DNA from: Penicillus capitatus
Taxonomy: Eukaryota; Plantae; Chlorophyta
NCBI GenBank assembly: GCA_965649825.1
Contig: OZ287702.1
Coordinates: 796,786 to 860,785, forward strand
Direction of reading: 5' to 3'
Length of the DNA: 64,000 nucleotides
Part shown: one piece after another, positions 38,899 to 52,113 of the stretch
Position numbering within the stretch: the first letter of the stretch is position 1
Layout: the number at the start of each line of letters is the position of its first letter
Notes under the pieces: model-generated
Seen by the model: only the letters and a program-made list of their open reading frames with translations
What the model was told of the DNA's origin: nothing
Database searches by the model: none
Translations under genes and position numbers: made by a program

Positions 38899-39105
38899 CC
38901 CAACGCGAACAAACGGTGTCTTTTCAGCTTTTGTCAGACAATGGATGTGTCGGTATGTCATTAAATGAACGCATCACACACACGATGCCCCACGATTTCT
39001 TTGACATTGCGACTACGACGACCGCGTATCTATGGCGACATCCGAAAACATCTCCGGTTTGCTGGAAGTAAAGATTCTCGATGCCGTTTCTCACACTTTG
39101 CAACG

Positions 39106-40678
39106 ATGGTGGTCACACAGTCGGATGATCCAGTCTTGGTGCGGTCGTTTCGTGGACACAACGACGCTGTGACCTCCGTCGCTTTTCACACAAACATGCG
39201 GCAACTCATTTCTGGCGGTCTGGACGGAAACGTTATGGTGTGGAACTTCAAGCCAAAGATGCGAGCTCTGCGCTTTGCCGGACACAAAGTCTATATTCTT
39301 TCCACTGGCGACGATCGAGTTGCCGTCGAAATAGGGCGCTGTGTTTTCGGTCGCGTTCTCTCCGACGCGTTCGCTGATCGCTTCGGGAGCCAAAGACCAG
39401 ACCATTCGTCTGTGGCAGGCAACGGCGTCCGTCACCACAATGCTCGCTCCTGCCCTGCTGACCCTTCTGTATGGCACAGCGACGGTAAATCGACGGAACT
39501 CAAAGCGCACAGCGGCACCGTTCGCTGCGTTCGGTTCAGCCAGGATGGCCACCATTTGATCTCGTGTTCCGACGACAAGAGCGTCAAAGTGGACGGCGTT
39601 TTCACGTTTGATGGTGCCGTTGACAGGGCTTTGTTAGGTGTGGACGGTGCCTGGTCAGCGGTTTCAGTCGACATTGAATGGCCATTCGAATTGGGTTCGA
39701 TCGTGCTGCTTTTCGCCCGATGGACGTTTGGCGTCTTCGTGCGGCGACGATAAGACAGTCCGTGTGTGGGATCTTCGAACGAAGAAGGCAGTGAGGCGCT
39801 ATGAGGGACACGGTGGCAGCATCAACGCCGTGCAGTTTCATCCTGACGGCGCCTGTGTCGCCGCCGGCACGACCGATGCAACAATCAGGGTATGGGATAT
39901 ACGAACGGACACACTGTTGCAGCTCTACAATGAACACGACGGTGCAGTGACCGGTAAGGTGACAGTCGAGCGGGTGGGAGACCGACCACGCGACCGCAGG
40001 GATTCGTTACCATCCCGGAGGCGATTTTTTGCTGAGCGCTTCACTGGATGGCACGTTGAAAGTTTGGGATGTTCGGGAAGGGCGTCTGTTCTATACAGTC
40101 CATGGACACGAGGGATCCACTCTTGGTGTCGATTTTTCGCCAGCTGGAGATTTCTTTGCGTCGTGTGGTGCCGACGAACAAGTAAGTGCCACGCACGTTG
40201 TGTCAAACGTGGCCGAGGCGTCCGACAGGTTATGGTATGGAAAACAAACTTCGACCGTTTCCTTGACGACGGCATCCTGATTCCAGTCGCGACAAACCAC
40301 AAACGCAAAGAAGATCGCGGAGTACCTACTGCCGCCGCCGCCGCCGCCACCGTGGTCAAAGAGACGCACGCATCGTCTAAAGACAAGACCCCTGGGACAG
40401 AAGACGGCGCCAAAGAAGCCGAAACGACGCCGCCGACACTCGATCAGATACTGGACCACGAGACTGTCCAGGATCGATTTGACGGAGAGGATGCGCCTGT
40501 TATGGTCGCCGGCACACTGAAGCACATCGTCGGCGAACTGAACGTCATGAGTCAGACCCTTGGGCTACTCGTCCAGAGAATGACGTTAAACGAAGACAAG
40601 GTCAAGAAACTGGAAGAACAGCAGCGATCCTATATGGACACGAATGTCCGCCATGACGCCGATGGCGAGCCACATTAA
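39106..40678 (+). CDS. POC1: Centriolar WD40 protein POC1
   Basis: DDPVLVRSFRGHNDAVTSV, NFKPKMRALRFAGHK, LNGHSNWVRSCCFSPDGRL, QVMVWKTNFD, and the C-terminal Poc1 coiled coil LKHIVGELNVMSQTLGLLVQRMTLNEDKV. Confidence 0.95.
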
Positions 40679-40701
40679 CGATTCCATTATTCCTCTGCGC
40701 A

Positions 40702-41494
40702 ATGCTCATCGTCCTGTTGTCGTTGCTGTTCCTCTCGACTGGACTGCTCGCGTGAGGGCTACTATCGCGTTCTTCTTTATCGAGCGAGCGACACGTGTTG
40801 TATGCAGAGCTCCAGATGAGGGCGAAGGGATTCAGGGTCGTTTAGTTGTGCCAGGTGCGACTCGACGTCTATCACGTTGCCTGAGACCACACGATGAACA
40901 GGGGGTGTCCGTTTTCGCGATTTTCGCCTGCTGCTGCAGCTCCATGCAGGAGAAGAGCATCGTTTTGCCTACTGTCGCAGTGATGGGACATTTACATTGC
41001 CTCCTTTGCCGCCTGGAGTGCATGTGCTGACGATATCGGGCAAAGGAGAATGGTACTTCCCGCCACTCAAGATCGATGTCTCCTCGCGCGCCGCCGATTC
41101 GATCCGCGTCGCTTTTCTCGACACCTGGAAGGCATCCATCACATCGTTTCTCACACATATCATCTCACACTTTATGCATTCTAGCCTGTTCGTCTGCCTC
41201 TTGTCATCAAAGGCACACCGCTCAATCACTTTGAGGTTTTCAGGAAGAGCCTCCCTGACGTCTCGTGTGATTTCGTTGTCTGTACGTCAGGTGCGGCGTC
41301 CGTTTAGTCTATGGGGACTGTTGAAGAGTCCCTATGGCATCATGATCGGCGTCATGTTATTCGGCATCGTTGTCTTTCCGATGATGAAGATCGATCCAGA
41401 AGAGTACCGTCAGGCACAGGAGATGTGGAGAGGAGGCCAAGGATCACAAGACAGACCTCCTCAGTTGACACAGCCTTCTCGTCGAAGAGACTGA
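40702..41494 (+). CDS. EMC7: ER membrane protein complex subunit 7
   Basis: Signal peptide MLIVLLSLLFLSTGLLA; DGTFTLPPLPPGVHVLTI, FPPLKIDVS, HFEVRRPFSLWGLLKSPYGIMIGVMLFGIVVFPMMKIDPEE. Confidence 0.9.
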
Positions 41495-41830
41495 AACGCA
41501 TCTTCCATCTTAACAGACACATACGCGTTCTTGTAATAGAGCGAGATCGAGCGGGCGGGTGTGGGAGAGGATCCATTTTGCATCGAAATCTTTCAGCACA
41601 CGCTTCTCAGCTTAAATGCAGGATTGAACGTTCGTCACATCAGAGCATTATCACTTGGCCTGACACATATGTGTGTCATCAACACAGTCATCAGTAGTTG
41701 TCTCTGCAAAGGAATTTGAGTTGGAATGGAAATGGATCAAACAGAGAAAGAAAACAGCAAAGATGAATTGAAGAAGAGTCTTGTTGTTGTTATCTGGCAG
41801 AAGGTTGCTGCATCGCATTCACAAACACAT

Positions 41831-43498
41831 CTAGGACTTCTTGATGAAGGGGTCAAGCGGCTTGCCAATAGAGAAGGTCACGAAGCCGATCTTCTTCAAC
41901 TCTTCCACGTTCAGGATGTTTCTTCCATCAAAAATAAATGCCGGCTTGACCATGTTGTCGTAGATCTTCTTGTAGTCGTATGTTTTGAACTCGTCCCATT
42001 CTGTCAAAACGGCAATGGCGTGGGCATTCTTGGCAACTTCGTAAGGATCGAAATGCACGTCCACTGCTTGCTTGATCTTGGCATCCGCTTTGGTCGGGGA
42101 CAACGGATAGTCCCACTGGAACTTCGCAAGCGAAAGATCATGGAACATCTGTGTCTCGCTGACCTGCGGATCATAGACGCTGCAATTGGCGCCTTCTCGG
42201 ATGAGTCCATGAACAACGTCAATAGCAGGCGTCTCTCTCGTGTCGCCCGTATCTTTCTTGAACGCAAATCCAAAAATGGCTATCTTCTTGCCGACGACAG
42301 TATTGAACATACTGTTGACCATGCGCTCCACGAATCGCGACTTTTGCCAGTCGTTCATCTGAACAACGGAGCGCCAGTAATCGGCAACCTTGGGGACGCC
42401 ATGGGTCTCGCAGACGTAGCACAGATTGAGGATATCTTTTTGGAAGCATGAGCCTCCGAAGCCAACGGAAGCGTTCAGGAATTTAGGCCCGATACGCGAA
42501 TCCGTGCCAATGGAGTGCGCCACCTAAACACCCAACAGCCGTCACATCAGCACCGCTCCGTCGCGTAAGCTTCATCCGGGACGTACTTGCGAAACGTCGG
42601 CGCCCGTCATTTCACACAACGCAGAGATGGCATTGATGGAAGAAATGCGCTGAGCCAAAAAGGCATTGGCCGTCAGCTTAGAAAGCTCAGCCGACCACAA
42701 GTTCGCGGTGATAATGCGCTCTGAGGGCACCCAGTGCTCGTAAACACTCTTCAACACCTGAATCGCGCGTTGGCCCGATTCCGTCTCGTTTCCGCCGATA
42801 AGCACCTAGACGAACCGTCACATGGTCAAAGAATGAAGAGAAGAAGATGAATCGTCACGGACTCTGTCTGGGTTGAAGAGATCCTCGACAGCGGTACCCT
42901 CGGCGAGGAACTCTGGGTTCGACAAGATTTCGAACTGCACCTCGGGGATGTTGCAATTGCGCCGCAGAACCTATGACGGGACGTTTGTGAAGAGAACGAA
43001 CCTAACAGCGCCGCCGGCATGTGTTTTACCTTGCCAATGGCTTCCGCCGTTTTCACGGGCACCGTCGATTTCTCAACGATGATTTTGCTCGAGGTGGAAC
43101 AGGCAGCAATCATACGGGCAGCTCCCTCCCAGTAAGTCAAGTCCGCGGCGGATCCAGCACCGATTCCGCGCGTCTTGGTGGGGGTATTGACACTGCATGC
43201 ACGTACAAACATCTCGTTCTCCGTGGCGGCCGCCTCGAGGATCTTACCTAACGAAAACGAGATCTGCCTCGCCGACATGTTTGTGGGTATCTGTGCTGAA
43301 GAACAAGTTCCGTCCTCGAGCTTCTTTCACAACATCGAGAAGTCCCGGCTCATAAATCGGCAAATCATCAGTCTGCCACGCATTGATGCGTGCTTCGTTG
43401 ATGTCCACCACCACGACTTCAATTTCAGGGCACTTGAGGGCCATCATGGCCATCGTCGGGCCACCGACGTAGCCAGCCCCAATGCATGCGATCTTCAT
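41831..43498 (-). CDS. UGD: UDP-glucose 6-dehydrogenase
   Basis: [73 protein letters not shown]. Confidence 0.98.
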
Positions 43499-43889
43499 GG
43501 TTTTCAGAGCAGGGTTCTCTCGAAGGTCTAGCTAGAAACGACGCAGCGAAAGATTTGGATGAAACGACGTTTCGAGCAAGTCAGAAAACGTTCAGGAGGA
43601 GAAAGGGAAGAGGCGCTTAAATAGACCAGACCGCGCCACGGATTTGAGGAAAGAGCCGGATCAATTGGATTAACTTTTGGAAACATCGTACTGAGCGACG
43701 TCAACCGCAGCAGCGATACCTGCTGACCAATCTGAGAAGCTGAGCGCGTTGTCACATCATGTATGCTCCATCCAGAACATCGAACGAAGCCATGCCAATC
43801 TCTGAAAATATTAACCGTACCATCCCCACACCGAGTCGGAATTCAGGTGGTCAAATCAAAAAAGGTCGAGAGCACAACAGTGCAAGCGT

Positions 43890-46800
43890 TTATGCCTGAT
43901 GCATAGAAGCTCTCAGGGTGGAAGAAAAGTCATGAAAAGTTTTCTGCTGTTTGGGAGTCATCTTGGCAACAGCTGTCGTCAAAATCTCATTGCCCATGGA
44001 GTGACTAAACGACTGCAGAATGTTCCAAATGCGGGTAGCTGTCTCCGGCATCGTCATCGTCTTCCCTGCAGCCAAGATGCGCACCAGCACCTTCAAAACA
44101 CACACATCAACACACTCTCACTCTTTTGCTGATAATGAGTGACCTCCACAATGTGAACAAGATTCTTGTTGTTGCCACCGAGAACCCGGACATCCTGCTG
44201 TTCGACCATCGTTACCAGCAGTGCATGCATGTTTCTGGCCTCTAGGTCATCGTGGAGCAAAGGTAAGTTCTTGAGCCAGACTTGGTCCACCACTTCCGGA
44301 TCCACCTTGTCCGGAAACTGCTGGATGATCTTGCCAATCGTCGAGACGATGTTATCCGTGGCCATTTCGTTTTCGCGACTCTTGGCAGAAGGGTGCTGAA
44401 CAGCACGGATCAGATTTGGAAGCAGTTCAGGGATGTGTGGCTGAAAAGCTTCCGGATACTTCGACGCCACAACACCCAATCCATACACACTGCATTGCCG
44501 CAGACTCGCATCTTCATTCGATGCGCCTTCGATCAAGAAAGGCAAAAATTCGTGCAAGTAATTGTTTCCAGCCTGTGGGCAGTGCTCCAAAATATCGTCC
44601 ACGACACAAATGGCGATTCGGCGTTCCACAGCCGAGCGGCCTTTGCCCAAAAGTGCATGAACAAATGGCATTGAACCGACGATGTAGGTAATCACGGCAT
44701 CGCCGTACCTCTTCATGAAAGAGGAGAGAACGGTGGCCACTTCGTCCAGCACATCTGTCTCCATCTCTTCCTCATCATCATGATTCGTCGGGGGAACATT
44801 CTCATACTCCTCAAAATCGTCCTCTTCATCGGACAGGAGACCTTCAATGCGTTGCTTTCGACGATCTTCGCTCTCGGAGAAGACCATACGCAATGTGTCG
44901 AAACACTGGGAGACCATTGTTTCGGAGAGCAGTTCTGGTGTTAGGATGTCCACCATGGCAGCAATAGCACGCAATGCAGACTCTATCACTTCAAGTTCGT
45001 CTTCGTTTTTGAGGGCGTCGATGGCGGCTGGCCAGATGAATTCGACCATCTGTTTCACAAAATCCAGCGTGACACCAGCGCCGTTTTTCATTCCGGTCAG
45101 TGCGGCATCGAGAAGCTCTGGAAGACACTGAAATGCTCCGCTCCGAACTTCATCACTGAAAATGAATTTCAGCATAGGGACAACCACATCTGTGATCTCT
45201 TTGACGTACGGCAGGAAGCCATCTTTCAACACGCCGGCATAACTGGCAACCATTTCGCAGGCAGTGGCTTTCTCCTCCATGGCACTGCTGCGCAATCGCA
45301 CGAGCTTGCCACCCACATGGAAAGTCTCGGAGTCGTCGTCATCGCTGTTGTCATTTAGAGGATCTGTGATCTTGATCTCTGGATCGGCTTTGATGTGATT
45401 CAGCACAAGCGGCATGACGATTTCGAGGTAGGGGAGGAATTCACGTCCCAGACTGCGACACATTCTGGCTCCTGCCTGAATCATGTAACCAGGCAACGGA
45501 TCAGAAGGATCAAAGTGCGCCTGATGCAGTTGATGAATGAGTTGCATGACTTCACTGGCATCTTGACGGAAACGATCTGCGCCGACGGCCATCCCCACCA
45601 GCGAAATGCACTCCAATGCCTTCGCCCTCAAGTATCGATGTTTAGGATCGGTCGCCTGAGCAAACATGGTCCGAAGCAGCGGCATCACCGCATCGTAGTA
45701 GGCGCCAAAATGCTCATTTGCGCTGTCTGCCACACTGGCCAGTGCCGTGAGTGCAGATTCCGCCACCAGACGCGAGGGAGAGTGCAGGAGTTGTATGAAA
45801 GTGGGCACCAGAGCATCCAGATAGGGCAGAATGTCATCCTCCTCGCATTCATCGCAGAAATTGACAATCGCTGCTGCTGCATGTGCCTGAACGCGTGGAT
45901 GCTGAGCATCTTCCATCACCGATTTCAGTTTTGGGATGATCTTCTCGTGCTGCGAGCCTTGGATATCTGGAGAGAGATCGGTGCACATCTGCCCAATGGC
46001 TTGACAGGCAGCCCATCGCACTTTGGGCATCGTATCGCTCAATCCATTCATGCACATATCTGTCAGCGCATCGATTTCTTGCAGCATGACTTTGTCACAT
46101 CCTTCTGCAATTTGTGACAGACAGATGAAAGACGCCTGCCTTTTCTGCCAAGAGGGATCATTGATGCAGCCACTCAGCATGGCGCCAGCGATCGGAACTA
46201 ACACTCTGCCACCGAACGACAGAGCCAGACGATCCAAGGACTCCATACCAAAATCAAACAGCTCGCCATTTCCTGCGTCTTCATCCTCATCTTCTGCTGT
46301 ATGCCATTTGGGCAGGTCTTCGATGTCGAGCAAGAAAACCATCAACGCCTCGAAGAGACACTCTGCGAAATTTGGCATGGCTCTGAAGAGATTTCCCAGC
46401 CCCTGGTCTTTCTGCTCGGCAATCGAGATCAAGACTTCTGCTGCCAAGATACGCATCGATTTGTCGATGGAATCCGAGAGCGTCACTTTCAGCAGGGATG
46501 GTAATATTTCCTTTAGAGATGGCTTCAGAAAACGCGGTGCCTCTTCGGCGACATCGATGAGACTCTCCATCACCGTCTCAGCCGCCGTCTCGTCTCTATT
46601 CTTCAAAAACTCAAGCAGCGCTTCGATCACTTTGGGCACCATGGGTCTCAGAGCATCCGCCACCTGACCTTTCTCGGATGCAATTCTGCACATCGCTGAG
46701 ATGGCTTCGGATTTGACAGGGACAGGTCCTGTGAGAATTGCCCGTTCGATAGCCGTCACTAACATCTGACCAGTGGCGTTGAAAATCTCAAAGTCTGTGT

Positions 46801-47311
46801 TCTCTGCCAGAGAACCAATGATGCGAAAAGCAGTGACCACTGCATGCGATTCAGAACCCTCCATCAACTGAAACAGGGCCTGATGCAATTCTGGCCATCG
46901 GCCTGTCGACAACAAGTAACGGGCGAGTTCGGAAACAGCATCGGCCGTTTTGAACAGCACATCTGCGATTTTTTCAGCACGGAGCGCATTTAAGAGCTCA
47001 CTCTTCACTTCATACTTCACCGGATCTGACAGAGCCGTCCACATCAACGGAGTCTCGATCGTCAAGCATTTGCGAAGGAGCATTGCCGAGAAGGCACGAA
47101 ATGCCACGACCTCTGAGTGACGCACCGTAGATATGAGATAACGCACAAACAAGTCTGGATGTTTCTTCAACTCGACTAACACCGCCTCGGCAAATTTCCG
47201 TCGAGTGTTGTCCGGGTTCATGAGCTCCCGTAAGAAATCTTCAAACTGCTGGGCATCGGGCGTCATCAACACCTGGACGATTTGTTGCACTTTGGCCGCC
47301 GACATCGCCAT
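43890..47311 (-). CDS. IPO5: Importin-5 / karyopherin beta-3 (HEAT repeats)
   Basis: ESLDRLALSFGG, WQKRQASFICLSQIAEGC, PRVQAHAAAAIVNF, LRAKALECISLVGMAVG, MEEKATAC, ATDNIVSTIGKI. Confidence 0.95.
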
Positions 47312-47406
47312 TCTCTTCGACGGTCTCAGAGCAGACGTACGTCGAAAATGCAACGGAGAGGGATAGATGATGAGGTCATCATGCATTTACTGGCGATAAC
47401 CGAGTG

Positions 47407-49759
47407 ATGAATGCGCCTTTGTTGAAGGGATGTGGATGGACAAGTCGTTGGGCGATGTTAAGCGCATGGAGGGCGTTGCCTCCGTCACCGACTCGACACT
47501 TAAAGGCCTCGCGTCTCTATGCGAAGAAAGGGATGTCGCGTCGAGTGAAGACGACGAGGACAGAGGCGCCGTCTGAGATCAGGGAGATATCGGGCAGCCT
47601 GGAGGAGCCACCTATCGTGATAGATGAGGTGACAGCCTCAGAGGAAGAGGAGGTTGAGACGCTCTCTGTGGCTCCCCCGGTCGAGGCAGAGGAGGAAGAA
47701 AACGAGATCGGCGTGGTGAACAGTGTGGCGCCTGTTGTCGAGGAGTCATCATTTGACGAGACGCCGCCCGTTGATGAGCACGTCGAGAGTGTCTTTCACG
47801 AAACGGTGGACCCAATGCCGCTGCATACTCGAATTTTGTCGTCAATGGACTGGGGAGCAGCTGGGATGGGGACAGGCATCGCTGCCGCTATTCTTGGAGC
47901 GTTGTTCGTGGGGCGAAGCTTCGCTCAGGGGGATTCGAGTCGCAACACACTTGCCACGACGATTCACAAAGTGATCTTTTCGTGGACGTCGGTTGTTACA
48001 TCTCCCGTATTCTGTTTAGGGAACGAAATACTACAAGCTACAGAAAGAGGCAGAAGTTCGATTGAATAGCTTCATGGCCATCATTCAACATCAACAAAAG
48101 GCCAATCTCTCCGCCAAGGTCGCCAAGAGATACGAGTATCTCACTCTTATGTGTGAGATTGAGACAGAATCTCGGAGATGAGGGATGCTGTTACGTCATC
48201 GAGTCATTGGCTTTCAACAACATCTGTGAGATGTTGGACCTGAGCAACAATGGTATTGGAGAGAAAGGCATCATACACATGAGTGAGATGTTGACAAAAA
48301 ACAACGTGCTCAAGGCACTTTTGCTCTCAACGAATAATGCAGGAGATGAAGGAGCAAAGGCTTTGGCCAAAGTTCTTGCCAGTAGAGCCAGTCACTGTTT
48401 TGAAGGATGTCGGTATGGTGGTGGTGATGCTAGGTAACACATCTATGGAGACGTTGTGTCTGAATGGGAACAATGTTGGTAATGAGGGGGCGATTCTGTT
48501 GGCTGAGATGCTGAAAACGAATACCACTCTCAAAACCCTCGAACTGAACAGCAATTCTATCGAGTATGAAGGAGCGGCGGCTTTGGCTGAGGCCCTTGCT
48601 CAGAACAGTACTTTAAAAAACCTCGCCATCAGGTACCTCGCTGCATAAAGTGTGCTCAGTATCATTCTCTGTTGCAGTGATAACTATATTGGAGGTATGG
48701 GTGCCTCGCTCTTTGCCCAGGCACTGAAGAAAAACACATCGATTGAGGAGTTCTCCATCAAGGGGAACGAAATCGGAAACGAAGGGTTGAAAGCACTTAG
48801 CGAAGCCCTGATTGTAAGCGTCTCTCCTTCTTTATCTCCATTCTTCTCCTCGTATGCAAGGAAAGGGAATCTGATATACGCTCCCTGGATATTGGAAACA
48901 ATGGCATCACTGAAGAAGGAGCAGAGATGTTGGCAATGCTCATCCGTGCCAAGAATCTGGAAAACCTGGAGATCTACAGCAATGATCTGGCAGACGGAGG
49001 TCTGTATAAGGTAACATCAACTGTCGTGTAAAACAGAACTGTATGACAGAGGATGTCATCTATGTAGATCGCTCAATCTCTGATGGGCAATGAGACACTG
49101 TTCTCTTTGGATCTGGGAGGCAACAACATTGGCCCCGATGGTATCAAAGTGCTTTCTGCTGCCATCCGTGACAGCCCCTCTCTGCGTTCACTCGATCTCA
49201 GCTATAATCCCATTGGATCAGACGGTGCCGAGGCCATCGCAGATGTCACCAAATACGATCTCAAAGTGCCTATCCTTCCTCCTTCGCATCCCTTACTCAT
49301 AGGCGAATGGTGTGGACAGCTGGACACTTTGAAGTTAGGTTGGTGCAAACTGGAACAGCAAGGAGCACAGGGCATTGCAGATTTGATCATGTACAACACA
49401 TCCTTAGCCATTATCGATCTACGAGGCAACAATCTCGGAGACTACGGTGCCATCATCATTGCCAACAGCTTAAAACAGCACGAGAATATGAATCTGATCG
49501 AGCTCGATATGGGATACAACGAAATCAAAGATGACGGCGCCTGTGCTCTGGCACAGGTTCTATACGCACCCACCATCTGCGCCCTTTGGATAGGACTGCT
49601 GTGTTCTAGAGTCTCAAGGCCAATGCTGAGGGGGCAGTCAAAGAACTGAAGCTCAATTCGAATTACATTAGCAGATTCGGTCAGATCGCTCTGAACGAAG
49701 CACTGGACGTGGTGTTTGAAATAAGTGGGGGTAACAAAGAGACCACCATCATATTTTAA
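47407..49759 (+). CDS. Plastid-targeted RNI-like leucine-rich-repeat protein (similar to plant At1g10510-type proteins)
   Basis: Transit peptide, acidic linker and one TM helix, then LRRs (LDLSNNGIGEKG, LCLNGNNVGNEG, LDLGGNNIGPDG, LKLGWCKL, IDLRGNNLGDYG); spliced C-terminus ...LNSNYISRFGQIALNEALD...TIIF*. Confidence 0.85.
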
Positions 49760-49839
49760 TGACACACACATACACACAACACCGTGACACAGATGATGTA
49801 TCAAGAGATAATCTGATCTTTCGCTCGCAGATGCACGGT

Positions 49840-50539
49840 CTACGGCACACGCATCTTTGAAAAGAGACGTTGGACAGAAGAGAGCGAGATGATGCATCGT
49901 TCGAAATTGAGTGTCCCCTGGAAACGTCACATCCCAAAGAATGTGTGCGATGGCCTGCCTTGCCTTGGAGATGATGACGAGTTCGAGAAATGCCAGAGCA
50001 CCACCGGCAGCAATGTCTGAGAAGTAATGCCTTCCGAGTAAGACCCGGGAGAGCGCTGTTACCAACGACCACCAAAACACGAGACACTGCATCCACCAAC
50101 TTCCCAGATGCCACATCATCCAGAACAGTCCCACAAAGAGGCACCTCGATGCATGTCCACTCGGAAACGAATACCGATCGACGTCCACCACCAGGAGATA
50201 GTCTCCAGCGTCATTGTACGATGGCCGAGGACGTCGAACGATGCATTTTAGAAGACCCACAAATGCGAGATCGATGAGGAGACCCAGGAAGAGATTGAGT
50301 GCAAATGTTCGGATCGTCGTGGTGAAGTAATGATGTGGGAAGCAGCCAACGAAGAGTGCAAGGGGAAACATAATGGGACCGCCGATATGCTCCAGAACGA
50401 GGAAGACTCTGCGTGGGACTTTCTTGCCTAGACTTCGGTAGAGAGTATAGGATATATGTGCGTCGACAGATTGCAACGTGGAGAACGAGCAGCGCGAGCA
50501 ACGACAGTTGTGCAGCTCATTTGTCGGCAGGAGTGACAT
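49840..50539 (-). CDS. PAP2-superfamily lipid phosphate phosphatase (PLPP6/7-like)
   Basis: LKCIVRRPRP (C1), YSFPSGHASR (C2), SRVLLGRHYFSD (C3); the 3' end uses a GC-AG intron at 49918-49963 and ends ...FSKMRVP*. Confidence 0.88.
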
Positions 50540-50578
50540 ATCCAAGTGCTCGCGGGACTTAGAGATGTGACGGATGGC

Positions 50579-51751
50579 ATGGCAACCAGGCTTACACGCA
50601 GCGCTTTGAAGATTCGACGGTTCTTGGCAACGCGTGTGGCGGCTAGGGAGGAACGTGGCTGGGCTTCTTACTTACTGTTCTTGCCCGCAGCCTTTGCCTC
50701 TGGTCTTGGCATCTGGCAGATCCAGAGAAGGTCCTGGAAAGTGAAGGATCGCCTCTGTTGCGCTGTCTTTGCTTGACAAAGGGACGTTGAACTGTTAGGA
50801 AGATCTTCTCCGACTGAGAGAATCAAAAGTCTTTTCAGAGCCCTTCTCACTCTTTCCTCGCTTCACAGACATCACTCCATATGATCGAGTCACTGTCCAC
50901 GGAATCTTCCTGCACGATAAATCGGTCTTTATCGGTCCCCGTGTCCGAACGTAGAGCCCACGCGTTTTGATGGTTTTGTCGATGGGCATGTTTTTTTTTT
51001 GTATGCAGTATTGATGGTATGCCGCAAAAGGGATATGTCCTCATCACGCCGTTACTCGATCCAGAGAGGTTCCAGCCTGAATCCCTGACGCACTGCGGCA
51101 ATGATGTGGTCGTTCTTAGTCACCATGTGGCCTTGGTGAATCGGGGCTGGGTTCCTGAATCTTGGAAAGAGATGTCGAGAAATGGCTCAGAGGGACAGCA
51201 ACGACAGCAGACAGGAAACGCTGCGAAGATCGATGGGTTGGTGGTCGAGAGCGAAAAGCCAAGCATGTTTGTACCGGAGAACGATCCGGTCAAAGGAACC
51301 TGGTTTTGGATCGATGCCATCGAAATCGTACGCGATGGACTTCCCTCAGGAAAGAGGGCACACCGAATGGCATTCTATTGTTTAGGCCAAGACATGTGGT
51401 CTGCCAGCAGAGACACCATTGATTCAAGTCATTCAGCAGACGGCTCAAGGCAAACTCCCTCCAGCGATCCGTACGACCTGCCTTGGCCTCCTCAACCTGT
51501 CACATCATTCTGCTGATAGATGGCGGTCGTGGAAGGACGATCGAGTTCAATTCCAGAGAGAGCTACCCTGTTGCCAAAGAGCTGTCCGATTTTGTCAACT
51601 TCTCCGTCATGCCAGGTGATGCTCCTTGTGTCGAGGGATGACGATTTCATCACACTGTTGTGCAGTGGATCACCGTAACTACGCATGGATCTGGTTCTCC
51701 CTGTCGCTGGTCACATCTTTCATGGCGTATCGAGTGACGAGGGGGAAGTGA
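50579..51751 (+). CDS. SURF1: SURF1/Shy1 cytochrome c oxidase assembly protein
   Basis: LGIWQIQRRSWK, QKGYVLITPL, LVNRGWVP, FVPENDPVKGTWFWID, DHRNYAWIWFSLS. Confidence 0.93.
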
Positions 51752-52113
51752 ATGGCTAACCACAACATCGAGAATTACAGAACTCGCAGTCGGCACACCA
51801 CATGTCATGCGTCACGATCAATCAGATGACGCTTATACTTCAGAAATTAATAGCAAATGAATACAAAACCATCCTTCACGGCGCTCCGCTGCATTTCACA
51901 AGGACTCATCTATTCAGACAGAGAATCCCGCAGGATTCGTATCATACACAACACAGAAATGCTGTCTGTTCCAACCTCGAGCTCTGAGGCCATCGAATTG
52001 TTAATCAGAGATAAGAACTCAGGAAAGACAGTGACGTCGGCAATGGTTGATAAAAACCGGGGTTGACAGAGGAAAGGTAGTGTACAAAAAAGGGAGAAAA
52101 GATGGTTTGTTTT

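Noticed and set aside
41726-46667. Long plus-strand ORFs opposite UGD and importin-5
   Set aside because: Antisense shadows of strongly conserved minus-strand genes.
49442-49840. 367-aa PAP2 ORF apparently overlapping the LRR gene's last exons in antisense
   Set aside because: A 46-nt GC-AG intron gives a normal-length PAP2 ending at 49840, removing the overlap; the extension looks like an antisense shadow of the LRR coding sequence.
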